Assembly (NCBI RefSeq): GCF_006345805.1
Contig: NC_042998.1
Span: forward strand, 202,182,001-202,246,000
Reading direction: 5' to 3'
Source: Octopus sinensis
Lineage: Eukaryota
DNA length: 64,000 nt
Below the pieces are notes generated by a model. The model had not been told where the DNA came from. It saw only the letters and a program-made list of their open reading frames with translations, and ran no database searches. Made by a program: the position numbers and the translations under genes. Shown here piece after piece: positions 1-13,762 of the stretch (position 1 is the stretch's first letter; the number at the start of each line of letters is the position of its first letter).

Positions 1-1869
1 TGGGAAGCAGAATCGAATAATCTCTATGGAGATTAAATCAAATTTCCGTAATCAATGTGTTGATACTTTAAAGGTAAGAGATATGACGCTTGATGTCATT
101 TTGCCGAGGAAAATAAGTTCAATGAGTTACATTTTGGTTTTGTTTTTAAATGTGCATCTAATTCGGCAGAACAAAATTAACTATGTGTTGATTGAGGATG
201 TCTGAGAGATAGAACTGAATGGCTTGTGTTTTCTGATAAGCAAAGCTTTTTATCGTTTCAAAGTATTTTTGTCCAGTGAAAAGAAAAAAATTAAATAGAT
301 AACATTACACACAAATCATTACCATCTAACACATACAAAACCAAAATGACAATGTCAAAGACAAAATAAATTACTACAATTTTTACCAACAATTTGCAGA
401 CTTCAATGTCTACGATAAAAACCTTTACTTTTCTTTCTACATTAATTAACCACGCAAATAAAACGAAATAAGAATTAGAATTATAGTTTTTGACAAAGGA
501 GGTGAATTGGCAGAGTTGTTAGTGCGTTTAATAGAATGCTTTACAATATTTTTTTCCGAATCTCTGATATCTCAAGGGGAATAGTACTTAGGTCAACTTC
601 GCCTTTCATCGTTTAAAGTTCCATAAAAGACTTACGAATATAAAACGGCGAATTGTGGAAATATTAGAAAATCTCGTGGTTGCTCCAGCATCTTACGATA
701 TCACTGTAATGTCCGCGACGATACAGTTTTCGGTCCGTACCGTTCCTAAAACGTTGGTCTTTCCTTTGGATGACATCGGTAATATCGAGAGTGAAGATGC
801 GCATTAATCCGCATTCCATAAATCTGAAATGAAATCGCATGCAATTGTTTATTTATAACCGACGGATCCCCCTATCATATTTAAGATAATGCAATACATA
901 ATAAAATATTCTGTCCCACATCAGTCTATATTCAAATGAACAACCCCGAGTCATTTTATGTTTGCTGGAAACTAGTTATATAAATCGCTGATGCAGAGAA
1001 TTTTATGATGCAATGTGATCGATACCTTCTTTGAAATTGCTTCACTGATTAAGGACAAATAAAGAGCACTGATTTTTTTTATGCTAGTATAGGCTCCAAC
1101 AATTCCTTTAAATTTAGCGGAATTATAGGATTATATATCGTAAATTCAATGCAAATAATATTCCAGGAATTAATGGGTGGTCTTAACCACGGTGATGGCC
1201 AGTTAACCGTTTAAAACAAGCCAAGAGGAAACCAATGAATTTAGAAGAAACATCGAACTGTTGAAAGAAATATATTTGAATCTTACAGCTGGTAATGATC
1301 TTAAAAACAGGCAATTGCTTTTAAAAGGTCATAAAATTATACCCTAGTACATAGCATTGTTCTAAGAAGACAAATGCAATAACCAAATATATTAGCATGA
1401 AAACCAACTTTCACCTCTCCATGTTAGGCAATGTTGTTAAGAATGATATAGAAAGAACATCCTTACGTTATAATTTCAAGTTATAGTAATGCGTCAAGAG
1501 ACAGACAATGTTTTTTACATTGGAAGTAAGCAAAATGATCAGAATGGACACAGGCATAGAAACACAAGATGATAACTTGCACACCCCTTTTTTAATAATT
1601 AAGAGTATATAGCGGTATTTTCAAACATGCTTTTAACATTTCAGCCAAAATATGAAGCAGAAATTTGCCGAATTAGATTTGAATCTCCAATCGAAAGACC
1701 TTAACTTCCACAGACAAATATTTTGAGAGAAGCATACAGGCAGTGGGTATTTGCTAGTATATCTTAGATAGGTTTCAGCTTAAAATTGGTCCAGGTCTTG
1801 TCTAACTTAATAACACTAACTAACAAAATCTGTTAAATCATTTTCAGGTCACTTTTTTTAAATCACCAC

Positions 1870-2300
1870 TCATTCAGGTTAGTTCGACTGGAAGAAATGT
1901 GTGCTGGTATAGGCGGCTTATCTGGTCCCCCTTATTTTTACAGCGTTCTTTTAAATGTCATAGGTTTATTTTCATTCTATGATTTATTTGGGGATAACGT
2001 TCAATAGAGCAGGGCCTGTTGAGGAAAAGCAATGATGTTGCAGTGAATTTGTGTTGTGAGTCTGAATTGTGTGCCGGGCATATAGCATATGATACTAGAT
2101 AGAATGAATTCTGAACCTGAAGCTAAGGTCATTTGCGCAATGATGATGGTATATTATCCACATTGCGTAAATGATTAGCGTTCTCAGTGGGACTTGAGAG
2201 AATAGAAATTCAGTGCCTTGAGATGGTCCAAGTAATCAAGATCAGTCATAACTTTTATTTTCTCGGTGATTGCTTTCTGGGGTGACTCATTTCTACTAAT
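1870..2300 (-). mobile_element. Old, decayed 3' fragment of a CR1/L2-group LINE related to the copy at 3.7-5.4 kb
   Basis: Minus-strand translation PQKAITEKIKVMTDLDYLDHLKALNFYSL matches PQRAITKKIDGMTGLDYWGRLEKLKLYSL of the 3699 ORF; many stops and frameshifts follow. Confidence 0.7.
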
Positions 2301-2866
2301 GCTTTGATCGGTGTGGGAAGAAAACGGCTGCCTGAAGAATTCTAGCTACGGCCGTAAAAGGAGGAGAAGAGAGGAATGATGACATCTTGACATAATTTTA
2401 AATATATTCATTTTAGTAGAAGTAAATTTAGACATAAGCAACTTAGTAAAATTTATATATACAATATATTAATATATGAAATACAATATATATATATATA
2501 TGTGTGTGTGTGTGTATGTGTGTGTGTGTGTGTGTGTGTGCGAGTATACATATGTAAAAAGGTCCAACTTACATAAAGTACAAAAGATATAGAGAATTAG
2601 TGGACCAAAGAAAAAGTATTACTACCCCCAACAGCTATTACGGGGGGCTTGATTCAATCACAGGATGAGTCGAGCTCCCGCCTGAAGAGAAAATATCTTA
2701 CTTTTGATATGGTAAATGAGAGAACTTCAAAGATATCTAATTTTTTCTAACCTACATCTACTTCTGTAACCGCCCTGGTTTTAATCTCTTGAGTACTTCT
2801 AAGTGAGTTTTGTACGCAGAATATCTGAATTTTATCAATGACCTATAATTATTTTATGAACATATA

Positions 2867-3296
2867 GGCGCAGGAGTGGCTGTGTGGTAAGTAGCTTGCT
2901 TACCAGCCACATGGTTCTGGGGTTCAGTCCCACTGCGTGGCATTTTGGGCAAGTGTCTTCTACTATAGCCTAGGGTCAACCAAAGCCTTATGAGTGGATT
3001 TGGTTGACGGAAACTGAAAGAAGGCCGTCGTATATATGTATGTATGTATGTATATATATATATGTGTGTGTGTGTATGTTTGTGTGTCTGTGTTTGTCCC
3101 CCTAGCATTGCTTGACAACCGATGCTGCTGTGTTTACGTCCCCGTCACTTAGCGGTTCGGCAAAAGAGACCGATAGAATAAGTACTGGGCTTACAAAAGA
3201 ATAAGTCCCGGGGTCGATTTGCTCGACTAAAGGCGGTGCTCCAGCATGGCCGCAGCCAAATGACTGAAACAAGTAAAAGAGTAAAAGAGTAAAAGA
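2867..3296 (+). mobile_element. SINE family A (tRNA-derived), full length
   Basis: Head GGCGCAGGAGTGGCTGTGTGGTAAG with B-box-like GGGTTCAGTCCC, internal (TA)/(TG) tract, 3' tail CAGCATGGCCGCAG..GACTGAAAC then (GTAAAAGA)n; at least 7 related copies in the window. Confidence 0.9.
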
Positions 3297-3628
3297 ATAT
3301 TTGTACTTTTAAACGGTTATCGTATTCTTCTGGAAACATATTCTCAATAGAATGCAATTTCCGTAGGTCAGTGAGATTGTTCTATTCTTTACATATAACA
3401 TCTTTTTTGACAATCAAACACTTGAGCATATGCAGAATGGTGGTTATTGTCTGATATCTCGAAATTTCAATCTTGAATTTACAAATGAGAAATTTTAGGC
3501 CACCTGTTTGTATGGAGTATCTATTCTCAAACTTGTATTAAACAACAACTATTCAATTTCAACGGAAAATTACTTACACACACATACATACATGCATGCT
3601 TACATGCATACATACATACATACATACA

Positions 3629-3686
<58 letters not shown>

Positions 3687-3698
3687 TACATATATAGT

Positions 3699-5330
3699 TT
3701 GAGAATATATACACTATATCGGACTATATCGGACATAACGTTTAGTGCCCCTGATGTCTTAGCGGCGATAAACGAAATAAAACACAATTCAGCAGTAGGC
3801 CCCGATAGTTTCCCTGCTTGTGTCCTGAAGGTGTGTCGACACCAACTTGCATCTCCCCTTGCTAATCTGTGGAGAAACGCACTGGATGCTGGCTATATTC
3901 CAAAAAACCTTCTGTCCCAGTCTGTTGTCCCAGTTTTCAAAAAGGGAAGCAAGTCCCTTGCAGTGAACTACCGTCCGATCTCACTCACCTCTCATATCAT
4001 CAAGGTATTTGAGAGGGTGGTGAGATCTCGAATAATCCAATTTCTGGAAAGCAACAGACGGCTGATCTCCAACCAACATGGGTTCCGTAATGGAAGGGAC
4101 TGCCTAACGCAGCTCCTGCATCACTTTGATGACATTTTGAGAGCTTTGGGAGAGGGCTCCAACACCGATGTCATCTACCTTGATTTCAGTAAGGCCTTCG
4201 ACAGGGTCGATCACAAGATCCTATTGAAAAAACTATCCAACATTGGTGTCTCTGGAAAGTTACTGAAATGGATCAAGTGTTTCCTGACAGACAGATCTCA
4301 ACATGTTGTAGTTGAAGGGGTAAAATCAAGCCCAGCCAAAGTCAGTAGTGGCGTTCCGCAAGGCACTGTGCTGGGCCCACTTCTTTTCATCATTTACATT
4401 AATGACATTAATGACATCATCAAGCACAGCAACATAAAAATTTTTGCAGATGATTCCAAGCTACAGAAGGTCATAAATGAGGCGAGTGACCGGACATGCC
4501 TTCAGTCAGATCTACTGGCTGTTATCCAATGGGCAGAAAAAAACAATATGCTGCTGAACGAGGATAAATTTGAGTTAATCCACTTTGGAAAAGAGGATGC
4601 CCTGAAACTCCCATACTCCCTTCCTTCAGGTGAAACTCTCGCAGCATCCAACAACATCAGAGACTTGGGAGTAATTGTGGACAACAACATAAGCTGGGCC
4701 ACTCATATAAACACCAAAGTTGACATGGCCCGCAGAATGTGTTCCTGGATTCTCAGAACTTTCCAGTCGAGAGATATCCACACCATTATCCTTCTCTTCT
4801 CCACTTTTGCCCGACTCCACCTTGAATACTGTTGTCCACTGTGGTCTCCCCACACAATACAAGGTATCATAAAAGTTGAAGCACCTCAAAGGGCAATCAC
4901 AAAAAAGATAGATGGCATGACAGGCCTCGACTATTGGGGTCGACTAGAAAAGCTAAAACTTTATTCTCTCCAACGTCGTCGTGAGCGCTACATCATCTGC
5001 ATGAAGTGGAAAATATTCCATCAGCATTGCCCAAATGATGTTGGCATCACCTTCAGGGTACATCCAAGGCTTGGGCTCCGTGCCATCCGCCCAAAACAAA
5101 AATCGCACTCTCATCTCATAACAACAATACGGCACAATTATTTCACCTCAATTGGCCCCGCTCTCTTCAACATTACACCAAAACACATTAAAACAGAAAC
5201 TGACCCTATAGGGTTCAAGAAGTCTTTGGACAGACTCCTTCAAGAAATCCCGGATAAACCCCCTACACCCGGATATGTCTCTGTAAACAATAACTCACTA
5301 CTTGAGTGGGCCATAGTGCCCAAATTCTGA
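3699..5330 (+). CDS. Reverse transcriptase (ORF2 C-terminal part) of a 5'-truncated CR1/L2-group non-LTR retrotransposon
   Basis: 543-codon open frame with NYRPISLTS, QHGFR, YLDFSKAFD, GVPQGTVLGPLLF, FADD motifs and a CR1-like C-terminus. No endonuclease domain; the TTG start lies in flanking DNA, so this is not an independent gene. Confidence 0.93.
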   Translation: MRIYTLYRTISDITFSAPDVLAAINEIKHNSAVGPDSFPACVLKVCRHQLASPLANLWRNALDAGYIPKNLLSQSVVPVFKKGSKSLAVNYRPISLTSHIIKVFERVVRSRIIQFLESNRRLISNQHGFRNGRDCLTQLLHHFDDILRALGEGSNTDVIYLDFSKAFDRVDHKILLKKLSNIGVSGKLLKWIKCFLTDRSQHVVVEGVKSSPAKVSSGVPQGTVLGPLLFIIYINDINDIIKHSNIKIFADDSKLQKVINEASDRTCLQSDLLAVIQWAEKNNMLLNEDKFELIHFGKEDALKLPYSLPSGETLAASNNIRDLGVIVDNNISWATHINTKVDMARRMCSWILRTFQSRDIHTIILLFSTFARLHLEYCCPLWSPHTIQGIIKVEAPQRAITKKIDGMTGLDYWGRLEKLKLYSLQRRRERYIICMKWKIFHQHCPNDVGITFRVHPRLGLRAIRPKQKSHSHLITTIRHNYFTSIGPALFNITPKHIKTETDPIGFKKSLDRLLQEIPDKPPTPGYVSVNNNSLLEWAIVPKF

Positions 5331-5411
5331 CTTGAAAGACTTCACCAGGTGGTGCTATTAAGTTAGACATGGCCTGGACCAATAATGGCCGAAACCTATC
5401 AAAGTATCAAA
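3730..5411 (+). mobile_element. 5'-truncated CR1/L2-group LINE insertion
   Basis: RT ORF, short 3' UTR, and octamer tail TATCAAAG x2 at about 5397-5412; CTATATCGGA is duplicated at the 5' junction (about 3713-3732). Confidence 0.88.
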
Positions 5412-5804
5412 GTATATATACATACTTACATACATATATATTTATATATATGCTTACATACATATATATATATATATATGCATACTTACATACATATATA
5501 TATATATATATGCATACTTACATACATATATATATATACATACTTACATACATATATATATATACATACTTACATACATATATATAATATATATATGCTT
5601 ACATACATATATATATATATATACATGCTTACATACATATATATCTATATATATGCTTACATACATATATATCTATATATATGCTTACATACATATATAT
5701 ATATACTTACATACATATATATTTATATATATATGCTACATGCATATATATATAATATATAATGCTTACATATATATATATTATATATATATATGCTTAC
5801 TATA

Positions 5805-5848
<44 letters not shown>

Positions 5849-6049
5849 TTACATATATAATATTATATATATATATATATGCTACATACATATATATATA
5901 ACAATCTTATATATATATATATATATATACATTCTTACATACATATATATATATATACATATCTTACATACATATATATATATATACATTCTTACATACA
6001 TATATATATATCTATATATATATATTATCCTTACATACATATATATATA

Positions 6050-6109
<60 letters not shown>

Positions 6110-6130
6110 ACATATATATATATATATTAC
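5412..6130. repeat. Compound (TA)n/(TACA)n microsatellite with recurring CTTACATACA(TA)n higher-order unit
   Basis: Read directly from sequence. Confidence 0.95.
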
Positions 6131-6154
6131 ATGGTGTGGATGTGGGTTTCTTTA

Positions 6155-6364
6155 AAACTAAACTGGATCTCTTCTTGTTGGGAGTCCCAGATGAACCTAC
6201 CTCACGACAGGAGACACGGATGCGGGCAGCAGCATCGAACTCCCTTGTTGATCAAGTGCCACGTATCAGAGGTGGATTCACAAACTAGTGTAGCTCATTC
6301 AGCGGTGGTGCCCCAGCATGGCCGCGGCCTTCGGGCTAAAACATTTTTAAGGATTTAAGGATTT
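6155..6364 (+). mobile_element. Short 3' end of a second CR1/L2-group LINE family
   Basis: Translates [39 protein letters not shown], homologous to the 38.9 kb LINE end [28 protein letters not shown]; tail (TTTAAGGA)2. Confidence 0.8.
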
Positions 6365-6375
6365 ATATATATATA

Positions 6376-7797
<1,422 letters not shown>

Positions 7798-7899
7798 TTG
7801 TATGTATGTTTGTATATACGCAGAAACACACACATATATATGTGTGTGTGTTTGTCTGTCTGTCTCTGTGTGTATGTTTGCAAGCAGATTTGTATACAT

Positions 7900-10800
7900 T
7901 GTAGCGGTAGCTCGATAGTTGAATGATCTCCCTTGCAAGAGAGAATAATCACCACATAAATAGGTGACCAACCATCGTGACATACTTGCAGAAATATATG
8001 CGACCAACTTCAGAACATTTTGCAGAAAAAAAAGAAAAAAGAATATTCGTCCAGCTACCAAATTAACGCCGTTTTTCAATCAGTCGTTATACCACTATGT
8101 TAATAGACTTAAATATTTTTTAACATCAAAACTAATAATATTTGTCAATAAATCCTGGTTTCCATGTTATAATATCATTATCTTGTATGTTGCAACACAA
8201 TTCTCCGATCAGAAAACACCTTCTGAATCTTGTTACAGCTGCTTTTTTGTCTTTCAAAATATTGACTGCGAGAACGGTTTTGAGATGCGTTTATCAACAC
8301 TCACTACTACTCCTGAGCTTTGATAACGTCGTTTACATCACCTTTTTGCTAGAAATGGCAGTCAAACGGACAAAAACGAAATCGAATAAATGTAATATCT
8401 CAACCAGTTTATGTATGGAAGTTTCAAATTCCAGATTTGCTAATAATTTAACATCCTTTTTCGTCGCAAGTACAGTAACCATCTCATTTCAACATCCTGC
8501 TTCGTTCAGTGTATGGCTTAGACCGTTTTCACCCCTGCAAGCTCAGCTTTTCATGATCATCTTCGCTCCAGCTCAACTTTCACCCCTGCAAGCTCAGCTT
8601 CTCATGATCATCTTCGCTCCAGCTCAACTTTCACCACTGCAAGCTCAGCTTCTCATGATCATCTTCGCTCCAGCTCAACTTCACCACTGCAAGCTCAGCT
8701 TCTCATGATCATCTTCGCTCCAGCTCAACTTTCACCCCTGCAAGCTCAGCTTCTCATGATCATCTTCGCTCCAGCTCAACTTTCACCCCTGCAAGCTCAG
8801 CTTCTCATGATCATCTTCGCTCCAGCTCAACTTTCACCCCTGCAAGCTCAGCTTCTCATGATCATCTTCGCTCCAGCTCAACTTTCACCACTGCAAGCTC
8901 AGCTTCTCATGGTCATCTTCGCTCCAGCTCAACTTTCACCCCTGCAAGCTCAGCTTCTCATGATCATCTTCGCTCCAGCTCAACTTTCACCACTGCAAGC
9001 TCAGCTTCTCATGATCATCTTCGCTCCAGCTCAACTTTCACCCCTGCAAGCTCAGCTTCTCATGATCATCTTCGCTCCAGCTCAACTTTCACCACTGCAA
9101 GCTCAGCTTCTCATGATCATCTTCGCTCCAGCTCAACTTTCACCCCTGCAAGCTCAGCTTCTCATGATCATCTTCGCTCCAGCTCAACTTTCACCCCTGC
9201 AAGCTCAGCTTCTCATGATCATCTTCGCTCCAGCTCAACTTTCACCACTGCAAGCTCAGCTTCTCATGATCATCTTCGCTCCAGCTCAACTTTCACCCCT
9301 GCAAGCTCAGCTTCTCATGATCATCTTCGCTCCAGCTCAACTTTCACCACTGCAAGCTCAGCTTCTCATGATCATCTTCGCTCCAGCTCAACTTTCACCC
9401 CTGCAAGCTCAGCTTCTCATGATCATCTTCGCTCCAGCTCAACTTTCACCCCTGCAAGCTCAGCTTCTCATGATCATCTTCGCTCCAGCTCAACTTTCAC
9501 CACTGCAAGCTCAACTTCTCATGATCATCTTCGCTCCAGCTCAACTTTCACCACTGCAAGCTCAGCTTCTCATGATCATCTTCGCTCCAGCTCAACTTTC
9601 ACCCCTGCAAGCTCAGCTTCTCATGATCATCTTAGCTCCAGCTCAACTTTCACCTGCAAGCTCAGCTTCTCATGATCATCTTCGCTCCAGCTCAACTTTC
9701 ACCACTGCAAGCTCAGCTTCTCATGATCATCTTCGCTCCAGCTCAACTTTCACCCCTGCAAGCTCAGCTTCTCATGATCATCTTCGCTCCAGCTCAACTT
9801 TCACCCCTGCAAGCTCAGCTTCTCATGATCATCTTCGCTCCAGCTCAACTTTCACCACTGCAAGCTCAGCTTCTCATGATCATCTTCGCTCCAGCTCAAC
9901 TTTCACCACTGCAAGCTCAGCTTCTCATGATCATCTTCGCTCCAGCTCAACTTTCACCCCTGCAAGCTCAGCTTCTCATGTTCATCTTCACTCCAGCTCA
10001 ACTTTCACCCCTGCAAGCTCAGCTTCTCATGATCATCTTCGCTCCAGCTCAACTTTCACCCCTGCAAGCTCAGCTTCTCATGATCATCTTCGCTCCAGCT
10101 CAACTTTCACCACTGCAAGCTCAGCTTCTCATGATCATCTTCGCTCCAGCTCAACTTTCACCCCTGCAAGCTCAGCTTCTCATGATCATCTTCGCTCCAG
10201 CTCAACTTTCACCCCTGCAAGCTCAGCTTCTCATGATCATCTTCGCTCCAGCTCAACTTTCACCACTGCAAGCTCAGCTTCTCATGATCATCTTCGCTCC
10301 AGCTCAACTTCCACCACTGCAAGTTCGTTACAGCTTTTGTCATATTGACCTTTTCTTCTTATATGAAGTTGCGAAACTTAATTTCTCGGCGTATTAAACT
10401 TTTCCAGAAGAATTTCCATGTACTTTGACAATACTTTGCACTACTGTTTTCACTTTCAGTATACGTGCACAATACACATTTCATGAACGTTCCGTATTTT
10501 CGCATCGTTGGATTCACTTTTCGCATCGCTGGATTTCTAAAAACTTGCATGACTTGAACTAACTGGAACACTTGCCAATAGACTGGAAATTTTCCTTAGC
10601 CTGCGCTTAGTTTGGCATTTCTGTTGCTTGCTTTTTCACGTATTTGTTCGCTTTCCTTTGCATTTGCTTAGTTTTCTATATCACTTAATTTTTTAATTTT
10701 TCAGGACATATATTCATGTATATATCATTACAGAATATTCTGTATATTTGTAAAATTCTCTGAATGTGCTTGCATGCATTCATCCTGTTATACATATGCA

Positions 10801-11560
10801 CTATATACCATACTTTTGAGTTCCTTTCTCACGTTCGCTGCGCCCTTGTAAGACACAACTTAACTTTATTAGACCCCTGGATGGTCATGTTATAAATAGA
10901 ATGTTGCTTGTCTCTTGCAACGCGCTAGCATGTCAGTGCCATCTTTTTTTCAACTCGTGTGCACACACTGCTTCAGTCACGCTCTGATTGGCATTTTCTG
11001 CACTCTGTGCACGTAAAACGACATTGCTATTCGGACACACTCGAATAAATCCTGTTCTCTATACATTTCCTTGTATTCGGTTTTCCGCGATACGCAATTT
11101 TCTCTACCTCTATATTGCATGCACACACACACACACACATACGTTACATACGTTTGAACGTTTGAATTTTCAATTTGGACCTGAAATTTTGCATTTATTT
11201 CATTTTGTTTTCATCAGTTTTTGACATTTTATGGTGTATACATGTTTGTTATTTTCCTTATTATATACCATTACCTCTGCCTAAGGGATGAGTAGCGGTA
11301 GCGAGATAGTTGAATGATCTCCCATTCAAGACAGATTATAGAGTAACATCTATTTCTAAAGCTTCTCGAAGAATCTGTGCCATGAGACGTGATTCTTAAT
11401 TATTCAAGAAGCTTAGCGTTTCTCTTGGAAGTCTCTAGAATGTCTATCGTTCCATTAATAAAAACAGCTTGCTAATCCTGCTCTTCGCTTCTTAGTCGAT
11501 TAGAGTTAGAGCCATTCACGTCTCTTTTCTACGCCACATGAGTGAAAACCACCACCTAGC
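7900..11560 (+). mobile_element. Decayed Gypsy-like LTR element, gag-only with pol absent
   Basis: Direct repeat 7901-7947 / 11292-11338 (about 40/47 identical; first copy starts TG). PBS-like AGGTGACC near 7961 and purine tract AAGGGATGAG before the second repeat. Gag-like residues KLTPFF, YVATQFSDQKTPSESCYS, SRFANNLTSFFVASTVTISFQ. The right end is uncertain. Confidence 0.55.
8527..10323. repeat. 51-bp minisatellite, about 35 near-identical copies
   Basis: Unit ATGATCATCTTCGCTCCAGCTCAACTTTCACC(C/A)CTGCAAGCTCAGCTTCTC; a 1-bp deletion near 8681 and a 2-bp deletion near 9654. Confidence 0.98.
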
Positions 11561-11658
11561 TATTATTTCTACATTTTCTATCTCTGAGCTTCCTTGCATA
11601 CATTACTTCATTCAACTAGATTCTACATTTTGATTATGTATCACCATCGACCAGCAAA

Positions 11659-11880
11659 TACTCTTTACTCTCTTTTACTCTTTTACTTGTTTCAGTTATT
11701 TGACTGCGGCCATGCTGGAACACCGCCGTTAGTCGAGCAAATCGACCCCGGGACTTATTCTTTTGTAAGCCCAGTACTTATTCTATCTGTCTCTTTTGCC
11801 GAACCGCTAGGCGACGGGGACGCAAACACACCACCATCGGTTGTCAAGCAATGCTTCGTGGACAAACACAGACACACAAC

Positions 11881-11948
<68 letters not shown>

Positions 11949-12113
11949 TACCACAAGCTTCTTTCAGTTTCCGTCTACCAAATCCACTCACAAGGCATTG
12001 GTCGGCCCGGGGCTATAGCAGAAGACACTTGCCCAAGATGCCACGCAGTGGGACTGAACCCGGAACCATGTGGCTGGTAAGCAAGCTACTTACAACACAG
12101 CCACTCCTGCGCC
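11659..12113 (-). mobile_element. SINE family A
   Basis: Reverse complement of the 2867-3296 element, with (TA)n expansion. Confidence 0.9.
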
Positions 12114-12736
12114 TATAAAATATATTTTTAATGTAGTAAATATATAGTTCTTGAATATATTCTTCATCTTTATATGAACTCTTGTAAAAATATACACGCA
12201 AACACATCAACAACTGGTACTGACTATATATAACCACTACAAAATGTAGCAACTTTTTCCAAAAGTTTGAGTCTGGGGAAACTCTTTCAGCAGATGATGG
12301 ATATCAATTTTATCAGAACGTACAAGTATCTTCTGTTTGTGACATGCAATTCTGAAACAGAAAGAACTGTCAAATATGAAGTAAACGTATGAACTGTCTT
12401 GGATCTTCTTTTCCTTTGAAATCTAGACACTGTGGTAGCTGTTCTACCTGAATTGATTACCTTCTTGGATAGTTTATTCAACGACGAAATGAGTGTCTCA
12501 AAGTTGATTCAACGTTTTAAGAGTGCCCCATACGGAAATGTATCTCCCTCATAATATAAATAATCCGATTGCTGTCATCTATTGTACAAAGAAATAAACA
12601 AAATATCTCATGTCAATGATACTAGATAGATACTTTGGCAAAACACACACTTACACGCCCATGTTCATAGTTATATCCCCATACACACACACGTACGCAC
12701 ACTCACACACATACCTATGTATGTGACACAACAAAC

Positions 12737-12773
<37 letters not shown>

Positions 12774-12789
12774 TAAATATATATATATA

Positions 12790-13172
12790 TTCTTTTTATT
12801 CTTTTACTTGTTTCAGTCATTCAACTGTGGCCATGCTGGAGCACCACCTTTAGTCGAGCAAATCGACCCCGGGACTTATTCTTTGTAAGACCAGTACTTA
12901 TTCTATCGGTCTCTTTTGCCGAACCGCTAAGTGACGGGGACGTAAACACACCAGCATCGGTTGTCAAGCAATGCAAGGGGGACAAACACGCACACACACA
13001 TATATACACATATACATATATACGACAGGCTTCTTTCAGTCTCCGTCTACGAAATCCACTCACAAGGCATTGGTCGGCCCGGGGCTATAGCAGAAGACAC
13101 TTGCCCAAGATGCCACGCAGTGGGACTGAACCCGGAACCATGTGGTTGGTAAGCAAGCTACTTACCACACAG
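12790..13172 (-). mobile_element. SINE family A
   Basis: High similarity to the 11659-12113 copy. Confidence 0.9.
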
Positions 13173-13176
13173 ACAC

Positions 13177-13219
<43 letters not shown>

Positions 13220-13332
13220 GCAGGCCTCCCCACTGTTGATATCTAACAAAACCCGCTCATAAATCTTTGGTCACCCCTGGGCTATAGCAGAAAAAATTAA
13301 CCTAGATAACCAGCTTAAACACACACACACAC

Positions 13333-13660
13333 ACCACAAGGTGTGGTGAATAAACTGTCGTATAAATTATTCAAAAATGAAAACAGCACTGACATATCAT
13401 TCTAGCAGGTACATTAGGCAAAATTACATAAAAATATCTTGAAACACAAAAAGAGGAAATTCATTCAATAAAATAGCCATTAGCTTCAAGCACGGCCTCC
13501 AGACGACTTCCGAATCTCTTGCAGCTCTTCTGGGCGAATTCCCGGATTAAGTTGGTGAATGCTGCCATGATCGTTGCCTTCACTTCATCTTTACTGTTAG
13601 ATGGAGTTTGTTGGTCTCTCCCTCAACTGCGCCCCACACATAATAAGCCGTTGGAAAACC
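13333..13660 (-). mobile_element. 3' fragment of a maT-like transposon related to 6376-7692
   Basis: Homologous to 6380-6700 (TIR, AAAATGAAAA, CCAGACGACTTC, GCGCCCCACACATAATA). Confidence 0.8.
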
Positions 13661-13762
13661 GATTAGAGCAGCGACTCCATCTAAGAATATCTCAAGAAGG
13701 AATTTTATTCCGAAATATCACCTATGGATGACTAAATTACAACAGGTATATAGGCGGCAAGC

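Noticed and set aside
2-73. Open frame ending at AAG|GTAAGA donor
   Set aside because: The acceptor and upstream context are outside the window and the 24-residue peptide resembles nothing recognisable.
5369-6358. ORFs rich in IYIY/YIHT, here and at 3508, 7663, 20349, 39029, 46586 and elsewhere
   Set aside because: These are translations of (TA)n/(TACA)n/(TG)n microsatellites, which lack stops in some frames.
8527-10323. CRISPR array, or a selenoprotein-like minus-strand reading (EAELAVVKVELERR*S* with in-frame TGA)
   Set aside because: Units are contiguous with no unique spacers and there are no cas genes. All minus frames contain stops, no SECIS was recognised, and the + strand flanks carry the gag-like signal.
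11594-12118. 174-aa ORF and similar ORFs at 2854, 12821, 24575, 36504 and 57651
   Set aside because: These are antisense or sense translations of SINE-A/B copies that recur with the repeat.
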